This document shows, piece after piece, positions 45,870 through 56,173 of a stretch of DNA of 64,000 bases (the first letter of the stretch is position 1; every line of letters starts with the position of its first letter). Under the pieces are notes generated by a model. The model did no database searches, had not been told where the DNA came from, and saw only the letters and a program-made list of their open reading frames with translations. Source of the DNA: Candidatus Shapirobacteria bacterium (GTDB lineage: Bacteria; Patescibacteriota; Microgenomatia; UBA12405); assembly GCA_041660365.1 (NCBI GenBank), contig JBAZWK010000001.1, positions 1,524 to 65,523 of the forward strand. The letters are read 5' to 3'. The translations under genes and the position numbers were made by a program.

Positions 45870-46819
45870 AGATGTTTGACCTTGAAGATACGATATTTTT
45901 CTAAAAGATTAATACCCAGCCAAACTATTTGTTGAAGAATTGGTGGATAACTTTTAATTAAATTTTCGCGGTAGAAAATGCGCATGGCGTTAGTAGTGGC
46001 CATGGCACTTCTGACTTTAGTTTCTATGGATTTGGTAGCAATATTCTGGGTGTGTTTAATAATTCCCGAGGAAACTCCTTGGTAGTGATAGGCTTTGCAG
46101 CCAGGATAAAAATAAAGGCTGTAACCTTTTTGTTTTATTTGCCAACAAAGATCAATATCTTCGCCGTACATAAAATATTTTTCATTCCACCAATTAATAT
46201 TTTCACCAACACTTCTTTTGAGCATGACGAAAGCACCGACACAGGCATCAATTTTTTGAACTTTAGAATAATCTAAGTGGCCCATAAAGTAGCCATTTAG
46301 TAATTTAGAGTGAGGAAAAAGTTTAGGCAAACCAAAGCCAAAGAAATGACAAAAAGCATTCCAGGGAGTGGGAAAGCCACGGTGGCATTCGGGTTGAGTT
46401 TTGCCGGTTAATACTAGAATTAAATTACAAGTAGCAGAGTCAACTTCAGAATGGTGTTCAAAAAAATCCAAGATTTTCCGAAAAGTATCTTTTTCAACTG
46501 TGGTATCAGGATTAAGAAATAAAACGTATTTAGACTGGGGATTAGTGGCTTTTAAAGCCTCATTATTGCCGGCAGCAAAACCAATATTGCCAGAATTAGG
46601 ATGAAAGACGAATTTCAATTGAGAACGATTTGATTTGACGGTTTTGGCAAGCTTAAAACTGTCATCTGTAGAAGCATTATCGGCAACAATGATTTCTATA
46701 GAATAATCACCAAGTTGGGATTGTTTGATGCTTTCTAAATTTTTCTTAAGATAATCCTTGGCGTTGTAGTTTAAAACAACTACCGAAAGAATGGGATTAT
46801 TTTTTGGTGATGTTTTCAT
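45866..46819 (-). CDS. Glycosyltransferase family 2
   Basis: 'LSVVVLNYNAKDYL...IIVADNASTDDS' gives the GT2 DxD region. Confidence 0.7.
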   Translation of the reverse strand: MKTSPKNNPILSVVVLNYNAKDYLKKNLESIKQSQLGDYSIEIIVADNASTDDSFKLAKTVKSNRSQLKFVFHPNSGNIGFAAGNNEALKATNPQSKYVLFLNPDTTVEKDTFRKILDFFEHHSEVDSATCNLILVLTGKTQPECHRGFPTPWNAFCHFFGFGLPKLFPHSKLLNGYFMGHLDYSKVQKIDACVGAFVMLKRSVGENINWWNEKYFMYGEDIDLCWQIKQKGYSLYFYPGCKAYHYQGVSSGIIKHTQNIATKSIETKVRSAMATTNAMRIFYRENLIKSYPPILQQIVWLGINLLEKYRIFKVKHL

Positions 46820-48008
46820 AGATTTGATTTAAACCCTCAACACATTTAATAAAAGAGTAATTATTTTTAATTAATTTCCGAGCGTTTGCGCCCATAGCTT
46901 GGCGAAATTTAGTGTCTGTCAAAATTTTGAAAACATTTTTGAGAATGTCTTTGTTGGGACTGACGATAGCGTCTTTATAATTTTCAATTTTGATGCTGCC
47001 CATACCACCTTCAGGGGTGGTAATAACTGGCAGACCGAAGGTCATGCCTTCTAGAAATTTATTACGGGTGCCTCCCCCACTGCCCATGGGAGCTAAAAGC
47101 AACCAACAGTGTTCGTAATAATATTGAGGATCATGTGGCTGGCCATCGGAATCAGCTTCGGCCACAATAATGTCTGGTGAGGCGTATTTGCCAAAAAATT
47201 CTGGAGCAAAACGACCAATGATATAGAGCTGACAGTTAGGAACTTGAGTTTTAATTTGAGGCCAATAATTTTCTAAAATTAATTCTACCGATTCTCGATT
47301 TTGCATCCATTTCATGTTTGAAACACCAAAAAGAATGCTGGGATTTTTCGATTTTTGACTTTTGGTGGGGGCGTCAATATATTTTTGATCAACGCCGTTT
47401 TGAAAATATTGAATATCTTTACGATTAGTAACTTCAGAAATAGTTTTTTGATCCTCAATACCAAAAGCGACCACAGTGTGAGTATTTTTCCAATAATGAG
47501 TTTCCCAATACTTTAGTTTACTGACGTCATACCAAAGGACGGGTGCTAAAATTTTTCTCCAACCCTTGAGACTTTCGACATAGTGTTGATAAACAGCGTA
47601 TTCAATAGTTAAATCGACTAAGACCACCGGAATATCAGTTTTAGGGATATTGGGCATAGGGTAAAAACAATCACAGTGAATAAGGTCAAATTTGTGGGTG
47701 TCAATTTCTTCTTGAATGGCTTTGCGAAAATCGTCAGAAATATAGTTGACCACTAAAAAAGGATAGGGACTAAAAGCGGTAGCTAGGATTTTTTTAAGGT
47801 CCCAAGTCTTACCTCTTTTAACCACAACAATTTTTTGACAATATTGACGAAGATCTTCGACTCCCTCTTCATCACGACTAAAACAAATCAAAGTAATGTC
47901 ATTTTTTGGAGCTAAATATTTGATGGAATAAAAGGATGATCTTTGACCTCCGGATTGAGATAAACGAGGAACGTAGGGAGTGATCATTAAGATTTTTCTT
48001 TTAATCAT
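46797..48008 (-). CDS. Glycosyltransferase, GT-B fold (GT4-like)
   Basis: 'ILMITPYVPRLSQSGGQR' is the N-terminus. The C-terminal 'GGGTRNKFLEGMTFGLPVITT' is GT-B-like. Confidence 0.6.
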   Translation of the reverse strand: MIKRKILMITPYVPRLSQSGGQRSSFYSIKYLAPKNDITLICFSRDEEGVEDLRQYCQKIVVVKRGKTWDLKKILATAFSPYPFLVVNYISDDFRKAIQEEIDTHKFDLIHCDCFYPMPNIPKTDIPVVLVDLTIEYAVYQHYVESLKGWRKILAPVLWYDVSKLKYWETHYWKNTHTVVAFGIEDQKTISEVTNRKDIQYFQNGVDQKYIDAPTKSQKSKNPSILFGVSNMKWMQNRESVELILENYWPQIKTQVPNCQLYIIGRFAPEFFGKYASPDIIVAEADSDGQPHDPQYYYEHCWLLLAPMGSGGGTRNKFLEGMTFGLPVITTPEGGMGSIKIENYKDAIVSPNKDILKNVFKILTDTKFRQAMGANARKLIKNNYSFIKCVEGLNQIYENITKK

Positions 48009-49395
48009 GTTTTAAATTTAAACTTTGATAATAGAGAGCCATAATAATCCAAAAAGTATAAGCCACTTTTGAAGCTTCTAGAATATCAATAAAAGTAGCG
48101 TTAGCCAACAGACTGGCCATTACAGAAAGGAAAATCAATGATAGTTGAGAGGCTAAATCTGTGGGACGTTTTTTAATTAGAGGTACGGTTTTAATAAAGA
48201 AATAAAGGAAAATAATATTTAAGGTCATAAAACCTAAAAGGCCACTTTCACCTAAAGATCGGAGATAATCATTATCTGTGGCGAGGGTAATGGAACCTAG
48301 GCCGGTACCTAAAATCGGGTTTTTCTTAAAGGCATTTAAAGCTCGAGGCCATTCAACATTAAAGCGAATTTCCCCAGAGCGAGCCACACCGGCGTCAATA
48401 TCGGCTGGGGTAACTTCTTCAACAGCCGGATGACGAAAGACAGTGGGGGTGGGTTTTTGGATAATGACGGCCACTGGTTTTTGAATAATAGCAATGACAG
48501 TTGTAGTTGGAGTTGGAAAAATAGTGGGAGTGGAGCTGATTTTTACAGTTGAGGTTTTAACAATATTAATGGTGGCTAGAAGTCGTTGATTTAAGTCTCC
48601 TGAACTAAAAAAAGAATAAACAACCAGGGCAGAAAGCGGCAGTATCCACCAATAGCGACGTAGGAGTATAAAGCAGAGAACAATGCCGCCCCAAAATGCA
48701 AAAATGGAAACTCGAGAAGCGGTGAGAGTTAATAAATTAAAGCCAATTAAAAAGATGATAAAGGAAGAAATTTTTAGTAATTTGTTTTTAGTTAAAACGG
48801 TGACAGCACCAATAATAATTAAAACTAAACTAAGGTAAGCGGCCAAATCATAGTGGCCGGCAAAGGTGGAGGAAATTCGAGTCCAAACATTCATTTGAAG
48901 AAGTTGGCCTTTTGAGAATTCTTCATTCATGGTGGAAACAACTGGAAATTGAAAATATTTTTGACCATAGCCATAAACAGCGATGCCCAGCATGGCCATC
49001 AAAAGAAAAATATAAGGATAAATGAAATCTTTAATATTTTTAATAGCATTTAAAGTGATAAAGAAGAGAGAAATATATTCAAAACGACGAAAGGTGTTAA
49101 GCAAAAGAACCGAGGGTAAGTTATTTTGATAAATTAATATTGAGTTGACCGTACTAAGCAAAATAGCGATAAAATAGGCAATAAACAGTAAAGTAATTTT
49201 TTGTTTAAAGAAAGAAAAATGATTTTTTAGTTGATAAATAAAGAAAAATACAAAACAGAGGGCGATAACAATATCATCAAGGCGAATGGCTACGTAGGTG
49301 CCTTCAACGCCAGTTAAGGGAAATTTGGGATAGAGAGGAATAAAGAGAATTAAGATGGCTAAAATAATCCGAAAAGGATTTAAATTCTTGAACAT
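48001..49395 (-). CDS. O-antigen ligase / Wzy-like polymerase family membrane protein
   Basis: Polytopic with a periplasmic loop. 'ILGTGLGSITLATDNDYLRSLGESGLLGF' is the Wzy_C signature. Confidence 0.6.
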   Translation of the reverse strand: MFKNLNPFRIILAILILFIPLYPKFPLTGVEGTYVAIRLDDIVIALCFVFFFIYQLKNHFSFFKQKITLLFIAYFIAILLSTVNSILIYQNNLPSVLLLNTFRRFEYISLFFITLNAIKNIKDFIYPYIFLLMAMLGIAVYGYGQKYFQFPVVSTMNEEFSKGQLLQMNVWTRISSTFAGHYDLAAYLSLVLIIIGAVTVLTKNKLLKISSFIIFLIGFNLLTLTASRVSIFAFWGGIVLCFILLRRYWWILPLSALVVYSFFSSGDLNQRLLATINIVKTSTVKISSTPTIFPTPTTTVIAIIQKPVAVIIQKPTPTVFRHPAVEEVTPADIDAGVARSGEIRFNVEWPRALNAFKKNPILGTGLGSITLATDNDYLRSLGESGLLGFMTLNIIFLYFFIKTVPLIKKRPTDLASQLSLIFLSVMASLLANATFIDILEASKVAYTFWIIMALYYQSLNLKHD

Positions 49396-50297
49396 ACCTC
49401 TTTATAAATTGGAATAATTAAACTGCGGAGGAAGGCGTTAACTTTGAGGACTTTTTTAACCACTTTAGTTTGCCACTGAGGCCGATGTCGTTCAAAAAAA
49501 GAGATAACACCAGTATATTCACGAACAATGGGATCGGAACGTTTGATAGCTGAAGCGCCGCCAAGATGGATAATCTGTGGGCCAACAAGATACCAACATT
49601 GAGATTTTGGAAAGGCTAAATGCATGCGGTAAGCCCATTCAACTTCTTCGCCATACATAAAGTAACTTTCGTCAAAACCTTTAGTTTTATCAACAACAGA
49701 GCGACGAATTAACATAAAAGCGCCAGTGACCCAGTCTTGTTGGTGATCCTTAAGAAATAATTTTTCATGAGTATAAAACTGGGGAGTGTGGGGATGAAAA
49801 GGTCTAACTAGAGAGTTAAAAAAAGGCAAATCATCAAAACCTAAAGACCAGGCAATAGTATTGGCTAAGTTCGGAAAATAACCACCACTGGCTTGAATAC
49901 TTAAATCTTTGTTTAATAATTGGGCGCTACACATATGAGCTTCGGGGTGGGCCGAGAGCCAAATTAGGCTTTGGCTGATAGCGGAGTGAAGAATAATAGT
50001 ATCAGGGTTTAAGAGAAGAATATAATTGCCTTTTGAAATTCTAATCCCTTGGTTATTGGCTTTACCAAAACCGACATTTTCATTAAGAATTAATTGACAG
50101 TTTTTTGCTTTTGAGCTCTTAATAAATTTATTTATTTGGACAACTGAATCGTCTGGAGAAGCATTGTCAATAACAATAATTTCAAAGGGGATATCTTTAA
50201 GACCTTTATCGGTATAAATCGATTTTAAACAGTCGACAGTAATTTGGCTGGTATTATAAGAGACAATGATGATGGAGAGGAGTGGATTATTTTTCAT
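49380..50297 (-). CDS. Glycosyltransferase family 2
   Basis: 'LLSIIIVSYNTSQIT...IIVIDNASPDDS'. Confidence 0.7.
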   Translation of the reverse strand: MKNNPLLSIIIVSYNTSQITVDCLKSIYTDKGLKDIPFEIIVIDNASPDDSVVQINKFIKSSKAKNCQLILNENVGFGKANNQGIRISKGNYILLLNPDTIILHSAISQSLIWLSAHPEAHMCSAQLLNKDLSIQASGGYFPNLANTIAWSLGFDDLPFFNSLVRPFHPHTPQFYTHEKLFLKDHQQDWVTGAFMLIRRSVVDKTKGFDESYFMYGEEVEWAYRMHLAFPKSQCWYLVGPQIIHLGGASAIKRSDPIVREYTGVISFFERHRPQWQTKVVKKVLKVNAFLRSLIIPIYKEVCSRI

Positions 50298-50835
50298 CTG
50301 AGTTTAGAAATTTTTTATATACAAAAACAATGGAAATTAAGGATAATTCTAATATAGCAAAATTAGCTAGGCGACGAAAAGGTGAAGTTGGAACAATTTT
50401 TAAAGTGATTTTGGCATTATATTCTTTGCCTTTGAAAATTAGTTTATTAACGATTCTTTTTTCCGGTTTAGTGAAGACATCGTTTTGCCATTCGTAACCA
50501 TTAATATAGAGTGACTCTTTAAAAGGGAGGTGAAATTCTTCAAAATAATAACTTTGAATTGTATCTTTGATAATAGTTTTGGCTAATTCCGGGGGGTGAT
50601 TAAGGATAATTAAAAATGGGGCATTATAAGTGGATTTATAGAAATTGATAACCTCGTTTCTGGTTAAATTAGTGTAATAAGCAGAAACATTTTTCAATTG
50701 AACAGTATCCCCTGGTTCGTCTGACTTGGCACTATTGGGCAGATTTTTTAAAGTGGGAGTGGGAATTAAAAGATAGGCAAGAGATATGGCATTAAATAAA
50801 ATAATTAAAATAGTGGGAAGGATTTTTTTAAGCAT
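50287..50835 (-). CDS. Membrane-anchored hypothetical protein
   Basis: N-terminal and C-terminal hydrophobic helices. 182 aa. Sits within the glycan locus. Confidence 0.35.
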   Translation of the reverse strand: MLKKILPTILIILFNAISLAYLLIPTPTLKNLPNSAKSDEPGDTVQLKNVSAYYTNLTRNEVINFYKSTYNAPFLIILNHPPELAKTIIKDTIQSYYFEEFHLPFKESLYINGYEWQNDVFTKPEKRIVNKLIFKGKEYNAKITLKIVPTSPFRRLANFAILELSLISIVFVYKKFLNSDEK

Positions 50836-51428
50836 TATTGAAAAAGCATGGCTCGACCCAAAGAATATTGGGGATTTTTAAGTTGACGATCGGAAATCTT
50901 TTTAGCGGGAATTCCACCCCAAACTTCATAATCGGGAATGTCTTTGGTGACCACTGCGCCGGCAGCGACAATGGCTCCCCGACCAATAGTAACTCCGGGA
51001 AGAATAATAGCCCGAGGACCAATAAAAACGTAATCTTTGATGATAACTGGAGCAAAGGAATTTTTAAAATCGGAGGAATTTATGTCGTGTTCGTCAGTAT
51101 AAATTAAAACTTCACTGGCAATATCCACGTGATTACCAATATCTAATTTTCCTCGACCGTCTAAAAAAGCGCGATAACCGATGATGCTGTTTTGGCCGAT
51201 AGTGATGCCGCTTGGGTGGAAAAAATTGGCTTCGAGTTGAATAGTACTGTTGAAGGGCATTTTTAAACCCGAGATTAGATAAAAAACTTTTCGAAGACTA
51301 TGGATGGGGAGGTAACCGATAATTCTTAAAATCAGTAGCCAAAATTCACTAAAAACAGTGAGAAAACGATTTAGTATTTTAGGAAATAGGTTTTGGAGAG
51401 TTAGTTTTTGACCAACGTATTCATTCAT
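50835..51428 (-). CDS. Hexapeptide-repeat (left-handed beta-helix) acetyltransferase, sugar O/N-acetyltransferase type
   Basis: The repeats '[42 protein letters not shown]' are LbH repeats. Confidence 0.65.
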   Translation of the reverse strand: MNEYVGQKLTLQNLFPKILNRFLTVFSEFWLLILRIIGYLPIHSLRKVFYLISGLKMPFNSTIQLEANFFHPSGITIGQNSIIGYRAFLDGRGKLDIGNHVDIASEVLIYTDEHDINSSDFKNSFAPVIIKDYVFIGPRAIILPGVTIGRGAIVAAGAVVTKDIPDYEVWGGIPAKKISDRQLKNPQYSLGRAMLFQ

Positions 51429-51436
51429 AAGTTAAA

Positions 51437-52534
51437 TTATAGCTTAGAAAAAATTTTAATGAGGGATTTAGCGGAGTTGATCCAGGTGAATTTTTGAGCT
51501 TGTTTTAGGCCTTTGCTAATTAAATTTTGCCTAATTTCAGGATTAATAATTTGGGTCATCGCTTCTAATAAAGTTTGAGAATTATATGGATCAATATAAA
51601 GGGCAGTATCGGCGAGAACTTCTTTAAGCGGGGAAATATTACTGGCGATAACCGGGGTGCCGGCTTGCTGACTTTCAATAGCGGGAATACCGAAACCTTC
51701 GTAAGTACTGGGAATAATTAAAGAGACGGCGTTTTGATAGAGACAAGATTTCTCTGTTTCACTGAGGTAATCGGTAAAAATAATTTGAGAATTTAATTTT
51801 AGTTTGGCGACTAATTGAGCGATGTCGGTGTAAAGCCAGCCTTTTTTTCCACCAATGACCAACTGGTAGTTGGGATTTTTGGCTAAAAATTTGGCAAAAG
51901 TTTCGATTAAAAAGGGATAATTCTTATTAGGTTTGAGAGTACCGATAGCTAAAAAATAAGGATAAGTTAGGTGAAATTTTTTAGCAACAGGTGAAAAACT
52001 TTGAGTTTTGATTTTGGAAATCTGGGACACGCCATTATAAACTAAAGAGATTTTTTGCGGGTCAATTTGGTAAGTTTTGACTAATTCGTCTTTGGTAAAT
52101 TGGGAAACGGCCACAATGTGGGCGGATTTTTTAAGTGAAGTTTCAGTCCAATTTTTAAGCTGATAGAAATCTTTTTTGGTAAATTGGGAAGGGTCTTGCA
52201 AATAACCAATGTCGTGAATAGTAGGAACGCAGGGAAAGGGGGAAAATAACGGAGAATAGTGATTAAAGGAATAAAATAAATCTAGATCAGGAGATTTAGT
52301 ATAAAGATAAAAAGGCAGGGCAATTTTGGTCCAAAGTTTTTGGGGACCAAAAACTAAATAATGCCAGTTAGCCTTGGTTTTAGGGAGATCGTTTTGAGGT
52401 GGATTTTTAAGAAAAATATAATATTGGTTTTTTAAGTCTTGACGGTAAAGTTCCCATAAAATATTAAAGGCGTATTGACCAACACCGACCCTTTGGGGAA
52501 AATTGGCTTCATTAGCGTCGATTCCAATCAACAT
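51437..52534 (-). CDS. Glycosyltransferase family 4
   Basis: 'EGFGIPAIESQQAGTPVIASNISPLKEV'. Confidence 0.7.
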   Translation of the reverse strand: MLIGIDANEANFPQRVGVGQYAFNILWELYRQDLKNQYYIFLKNPPQNDLPKTKANWHYLVFGPQKLWTKIALPFYLYTKSPDLDLFYSFNHYSPLFSPFPCVPTIHDIGYLQDPSQFTKKDFYQLKNWTETSLKKSAHIVAVSQFTKDELVKTYQIDPQKISLVYNGVSQISKIKTQSFSPVAKKFHLTYPYFLAIGTLKPNKNYPFLIETFAKFLAKNPNYQLVIGGKKGWLYTDIAQLVAKLKLNSQIIFTDYLSETEKSCLYQNAVSLIIPSTYEGFGIPAIESQQAGTPVIASNISPLKEVLADTALYIDPYNSQTLLEAMTQIINPEIRQNLISKGLKQAQKFTWINSAKSLIKIFSKL

Positions 52535-53664
52535 ATTTTTTTATAAATATTTAAAGTTTGTTTGGCGGTGATATCCCAAGAAAATTTGGTCGATTGCAGA
52601 AGAGATTTTTGGGAAAGTTTTTTTCTAAGAGTGCTCGAACTAATCAATTTTTGTAAACCTTGAAAAATCGATTCAATGGAATTGGGATTAATTAAAATAC
52701 CAGAGTTGCCAACAACTTCGGGCAGTGAGGAAGTACAGCTAGTTAAAACAGGAACACCAAGTTTTAGAGATTTAACTAAGGGCAGGCCAAAACCTTCGTA
52801 GAGGGAGGGGTAAGCTAAAAATAAAGCTGAGGCGTGAAGAGCCACCATATCTTTTTCGGGAATGTAACCCAGGATCTTAATCCGAGAATTTTTGAACTGG
52901 AGAATATCTTTACCCCAACCATATTTACCGGTGATAGCTAATTCTACCTTAGATTCGGGATGTTTTTGATGGTATAAATTAAAGGCAGCAATTAAACGAG
53001 TTAAATTTTTGCGCGGTTCCCGGGTGCCTTGGGAAAGAATAAATTTTTTAAGGCCGTACTGTTTTTCGATGGCAGATTTTTTGCGATTTTGAATTTCTGG
53101 GGACAGTTTCAAAAAATCACTGTATTTATCTTCGGCGGCTTCATAAATAACGCTAGTTTTTTGAGAATTTATTTTAGGGAAAATTCTTAAAAGATCTTTT
53201 TGAGAATTTTGCGAGACACAAATAAAATTTTGACATTCTTTGGCTGCCCAAAACATTTTTCGTTGATGAGTAGTGACAATTTTAGGAGATAACCATTGGG
53301 GAAAAAGAAAGGGCGTTAAGTCGTGGACAGTAGTGATAGTTTTGGCTTTTAATGTCGGCGGCTGGGTCCAATCAGAAGTATGAAAAACATCGCATCGGCC
53401 AATAAAAAATTCTATCGGTAAAATATGAAGTTGATTCCATAGAATGGCTAAAAAAGTGGGAGGTAAGCGATAATGGTAGATTTTGACATTTTTATATTTG
53501 GCTAATTCAGAAATTTCTTTTGGCAGTGGTTGGCGAAGAAGAGAAAAAAAGAGTTTATATGTGTTTTGGCGATCATTTTTTAGAAGATGCCGGACTAGGT
53601 TTAGGGTGTAATTACTGACACCGGTGCCATAAGCAATAGAAGAGACATCGATTCCGATTATCAT
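52528..53664 (-). CDS. Glycosyltransferase family 4
   Basis: 'EGFGLPLVKSLKLGVPVLTSCTSSLPEVVG'. Confidence 0.7.
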   Translation of the reverse strand: MIIGIDVSSIAYGTGVSNYTLNLVRHLLKNDRQNTYKLFFSLLRQPLPKEISELAKYKNVKIYHYRLPPTFLAILWNQLHILPIEFFIGRCDVFHTSDWTQPPTLKAKTITTVHDLTPFLFPQWLSPKIVTTHQRKMFWAAKECQNFICVSQNSQKDLLRIFPKINSQKTSVIYEAAEDKYSDFLKLSPEIQNRKKSAIEKQYGLKKFILSQGTREPRKNLTRLIAAFNLYHQKHPESKVELAITGKYGWGKDILQFKNSRIKILGYIPEKDMVALHASALFLAYPSLYEGFGLPLVKSLKLGVPVLTSCTSSLPEVVGNSGILINPNSIESIFQGLQKLISSSTLRKKLSQKSLLQSTKFSWDITAKQTLNIYKKIC

Positions 53665-54512
53665 ATCTGTATGGTTGATTTTAGCAAATATGATAAATTT
53701 CGGAGGCGTTCGACGAAAATTTGAGGAAAATTTTTAATAAATTCGGAAAAAGTATAATTTTTGTGAATAAAATAAATCCAATTTTTAAAAACTTGTTTAG
53801 CCCGAAAGTTGCCCATGCGATTGCTGGTGCCGCCACCTAGATGGTAAGCCAAGGCTTGAGGAATCAACAAAGTCTGATAGTGATTTTTTTGGAGCCGAAA
53901 GGCAAGGTCGACATCTTCGACATAGGCGAAATAATGTTCGTCGAAAAGGCCTATTTTAAGGATAATTTCTTTATTATAAATGACGACGGCGCCACTGGAA
54001 CCCCAGACTGATTTAGAGGAATAGTTAGTTAGATGAGTAGATAAGTAGTTAATAGTTGAAAAGTGGTTTTGAAGGCACTTACCTGACCAATCAAAACTGA
54101 TGCCTTGGGATTCAATGGCAGTGCCGTCACGGTTTAAAACCGTGCCACAAAAACAGGCAAACTTAGGGTATTTTTTAATGTTTTGAACAATTAATTTAAA
54201 ATAATTTTGATCGAGATTCAAGTCGTTGTTTAATAGACAGACGTAATTGTATTTGGCAGCCTTAATGCCCCGATTAACGGCAAAAGCAAAACCAGTATTG
54301 CGATTTAGTTGAATAGTGGAATAGTCGAATAGTTTAATAGATGAAGAGTTGAATAGTTGAATAGAATTATCAGTGGAGCCGTTGTCGACCAGAATTATTT
54401 CGAATTTGGCGTTGAGGCAATTTTTAATGGCAAGGTTAAGATTTTTTAGACAGTCGGGTAGATATTTAGCACCATTAAAATTAGGAATAATGATACTAAA
54501 ATTAATTTCCAT
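53661..54512 (-). CDS. Glycosyltransferase family 2. Carries an in-frame 8-bp periodic insert
   Basis: 'FSIIIPNFNGAKYL...IILVDNGSTDNS' then 'IQLFNSSSIKLFDYSTIQLN', encoded by the 54309-54364 repeat array, then 'RNTGFAFAVNRG'. Confidence 0.7.
   Translation of the reverse strand: MEINFSIIIPNFNGAKYLPDCLKNLNLAIKNCLNAKFEIILVDNGSTDNSIQLFNSSSIKLFDYSTIQLNRNTGFAFAVNRGIKAAKYNYVCLLNNDLNLDQNYFKLIVQNIKKYPKFACFCGTVLNRDGTAIESQGISFDWSGKCLQNHFSTINYLSTHLTNYSSKSVWGSSGAVVIYNKEIILKIGLFDEHYFAYVEDVDLAFRLQKNHYQTLLIPQALAYHLGGGTSNRMGNFRAKQVFKNWIYFIHKNYTFSEFIKNFPQIFVERLRNLSYLLKSTIQI
54309..54364. repeat. 8-bp periodic array, seven units (TTGAATAG-like), in-frame inside the GT2 gene
   Basis: Reads ttgaatag tggaatag tcgaatag tttaatag atgaagag ttgaatag ttgaatag. 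Confidence 0.7.
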
Positions 54513-54966
54513 AATTTATTTTAATAGAATCCCCTATTTTTAATTTTATTTTTTGGGCAGTACCGGCATTTAATTCGATGACGTATTTAACGGCTTGGGA
54601 ACTTTGGTAGAGTTTGAGTTGAAGGTCGGGAACATTGGGTTCGGGTTTTGCGGTGAAGATATCGGTAACTTGACCGCTTTGAGTGACAAAAATCATGTCT
54701 AAAGAAATCAAGGTATCTTTCATCCAAAAATAGCGAATAGTTTCACCATTAAAAACAAAAAGCATCCCGCAGTTAGAACAAAGTTCTGATCGATTAGAGA
54801 GTCCTTTGGCCTGAAGATAGGAATTATTTGCAATCTCAAGAATATAACTTTGATCTTTAATATTTTGATTTATTGTCTTGGGTGGTGATGATTTATTGAT
54901 AAATAGTTTAGTAGATAAGTAGATTAGTAGTAAGACAACTAGAACTATAATGATAATTTTTTGCAT
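54502..54966 (-). CDS. DUF192 (COG1430) domain protein with an N-terminal TM anchor
   Basis: 'LQAKGLSNRSEL...GMLFVF...FWMKDTLISLDMIFV...YVIELNAG' is the DUF192 pattern. Confidence 0.6.
   Translation of the reverse strand: MQKIIIIVLVVLLLIYLSTKLFINKSSPPKTINQNIKDQSYILEIANNSYLQAKGLSNRSELCSNCGMLFVFNGETIRYFWMKDTLISLDMIFVTQSGQVTDIFTAKPEPNVPDLQLKLYQSSQAVKYVIELNAGTAQKIKLKIGDSIKINYGN
54898..54937. repeat. 8-bp periodic array (GATAAGTA-like, five units) inside the N-terminal codons of the DUF192 gene
   Basis: Reads gataaata gtttagta gataagta gattagta gtaagaca. Confidence 0.55.
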
Positions 54967-56147
54967 AAGCTTTCCCCTATTCTATCCCAAGTGTAAAAAC
55001 TTTTAATATTTTGATAACCGGTATGGGCCAGATTTTTCGAAAGTTGCGGTGATTTAATTAATTTAATAATAGTTCTAGTTAAGTTGTTTAGATTATCTAT
55101 TTTGAAAGTTAAACCGCCCTTTAAGGTATTAATAACTTCGAATGTTTGGGGAGTATTGGCACCGATTATCGCTTTGCCTCGGGCTAGGCTTTCGACAAAA
55201 ACCAAGCCAAAACTTTCATGAACTGAGGGCAGAATTAAAAAAGAACTTTGATCTATGGCATCCTTAATTTGTTTTGGAGTGGGTTTAAAAATAAATTTAA
55301 TTTTTGACCGAGTCTGTGGAGGAATAGTTTTTAAAAAAGTCGAAATTTTGGGAAAATAAAGGGTTTTTTGACCGAGAAGGGTTAAAGACGAGTGAGGGTA
55401 TTTTTTTAAAATTAAATCAAAAGCTTGGATTAAAAGTTCGCTTCTTTTATGAGCGGAAAAATTAGCAATAAAAACTAGGTGAGTTTCTTTTGGATAATGA
55501 ATTCTTTTTTCATCAATAATAAAATCTGGGTCAACCCCGAGACCGTGGACAAAATATTGGGGTTGAGTGATTTTTAAATTTTTTTGAAAATATTTTTTTT
55601 CATAGTCGGTGAGACACCAAAGGTAGTCGGCTTTTTTTAATACGGAAAGTAAAATGGGACTTTGAAAATCCGGATCATTAGGGTGAAAACAAGGAACGAG
55701 GAGTAATTTAGTTGAATAGTGGAATAGTTTAGTAGTTAAGAAGTGAAGAAAAGAAGCATAAAGAATAATGGTGGTGGGAAGCGGGCCAGCGATTATATAA
55801 TCGGGATGAAATTGGACAATAGATTTTAGAGATGAGAAAAAAGAAATTGGGGAAAAGATGGGACCTTTACTAAAAGTTTTGAAGTTGGGAAGTAATTTAG
55901 ATAATAGTTTAAAGGGACGATGGAGGAAAGTAAAAACTGGTAATCGAATAATGTTTGAGCCGTCTTTGCCATAATTTAATTGGCTATGACGAGCCGAGGA
56001 GAAGTCGTCGGTGGAAGTACAGTTAGTAGTTAAAACTAAAATTTGATGGCCCTGTTTTTCTAGGTATTCCCCTATTTTATTGATGGCTCTGGAGCCGCCG
56101 TCAACGGCGGGAGGGTAAATATGAGTCAGTAGTAAAAATTTGGCCAT
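54945..56147 (-). CDS. Glycosyltransferase family 4. Carries an in-frame 8-bp periodic segment
   Basis: 'MAKFLLLTHIYPPAVDGGSRA' and 'ESFGLVFVESLARGKAIIGANTPQ'. The peptide 'LHFLTTKLFHYSTKLLL' is encoded by the 55701-55748 array. Confidence 0.7.
   Translation of the reverse strand: MAKFLLLTHIYPPAVDGGSRAINKIGEYLEKQGHQILVLTTNCTSTDDFSSARHSQLNYGKDGSNIIRLPVFTFLHRPFKLLSKLLPNFKTFSKGPIFSPISFFSSLKSIVQFHPDYIIAGPLPTTIILYASFLHFLTTKLFHYSTKLLLVPCFHPNDPDFQSPILLSVLKKADYLWCLTDYEKKYFQKNLKITQPQYFVHGLGVDPDFIIDEKRIHYPKETHLVFIANFSAHKRSELLIQAFDLILKKYPHSSLTLLGQKTLYFPKISTFLKTIPPQTRSKIKFIFKPTPKQIKDAIDQSSFLILPSVHESFGLVFVESLARGKAIIGANTPQTFEVINTLKGGLTFKIDNLNNLTRTIIKLIKSPQLSKNLAHTGYQNIKSFYTWDRIGESLCKKLSL
55701..55748. repeat. 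8-bp periodic array (xTAGTxxA units) inside the GT4 gene
   Basis: Reads gagtaatt tagttgaa tagtggaa tagtttag tagttaag aagtgaag. Confidence 0.5.
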
Positions 56148-56173
56148 TTGATATAGTATATTTCATAAGAGCT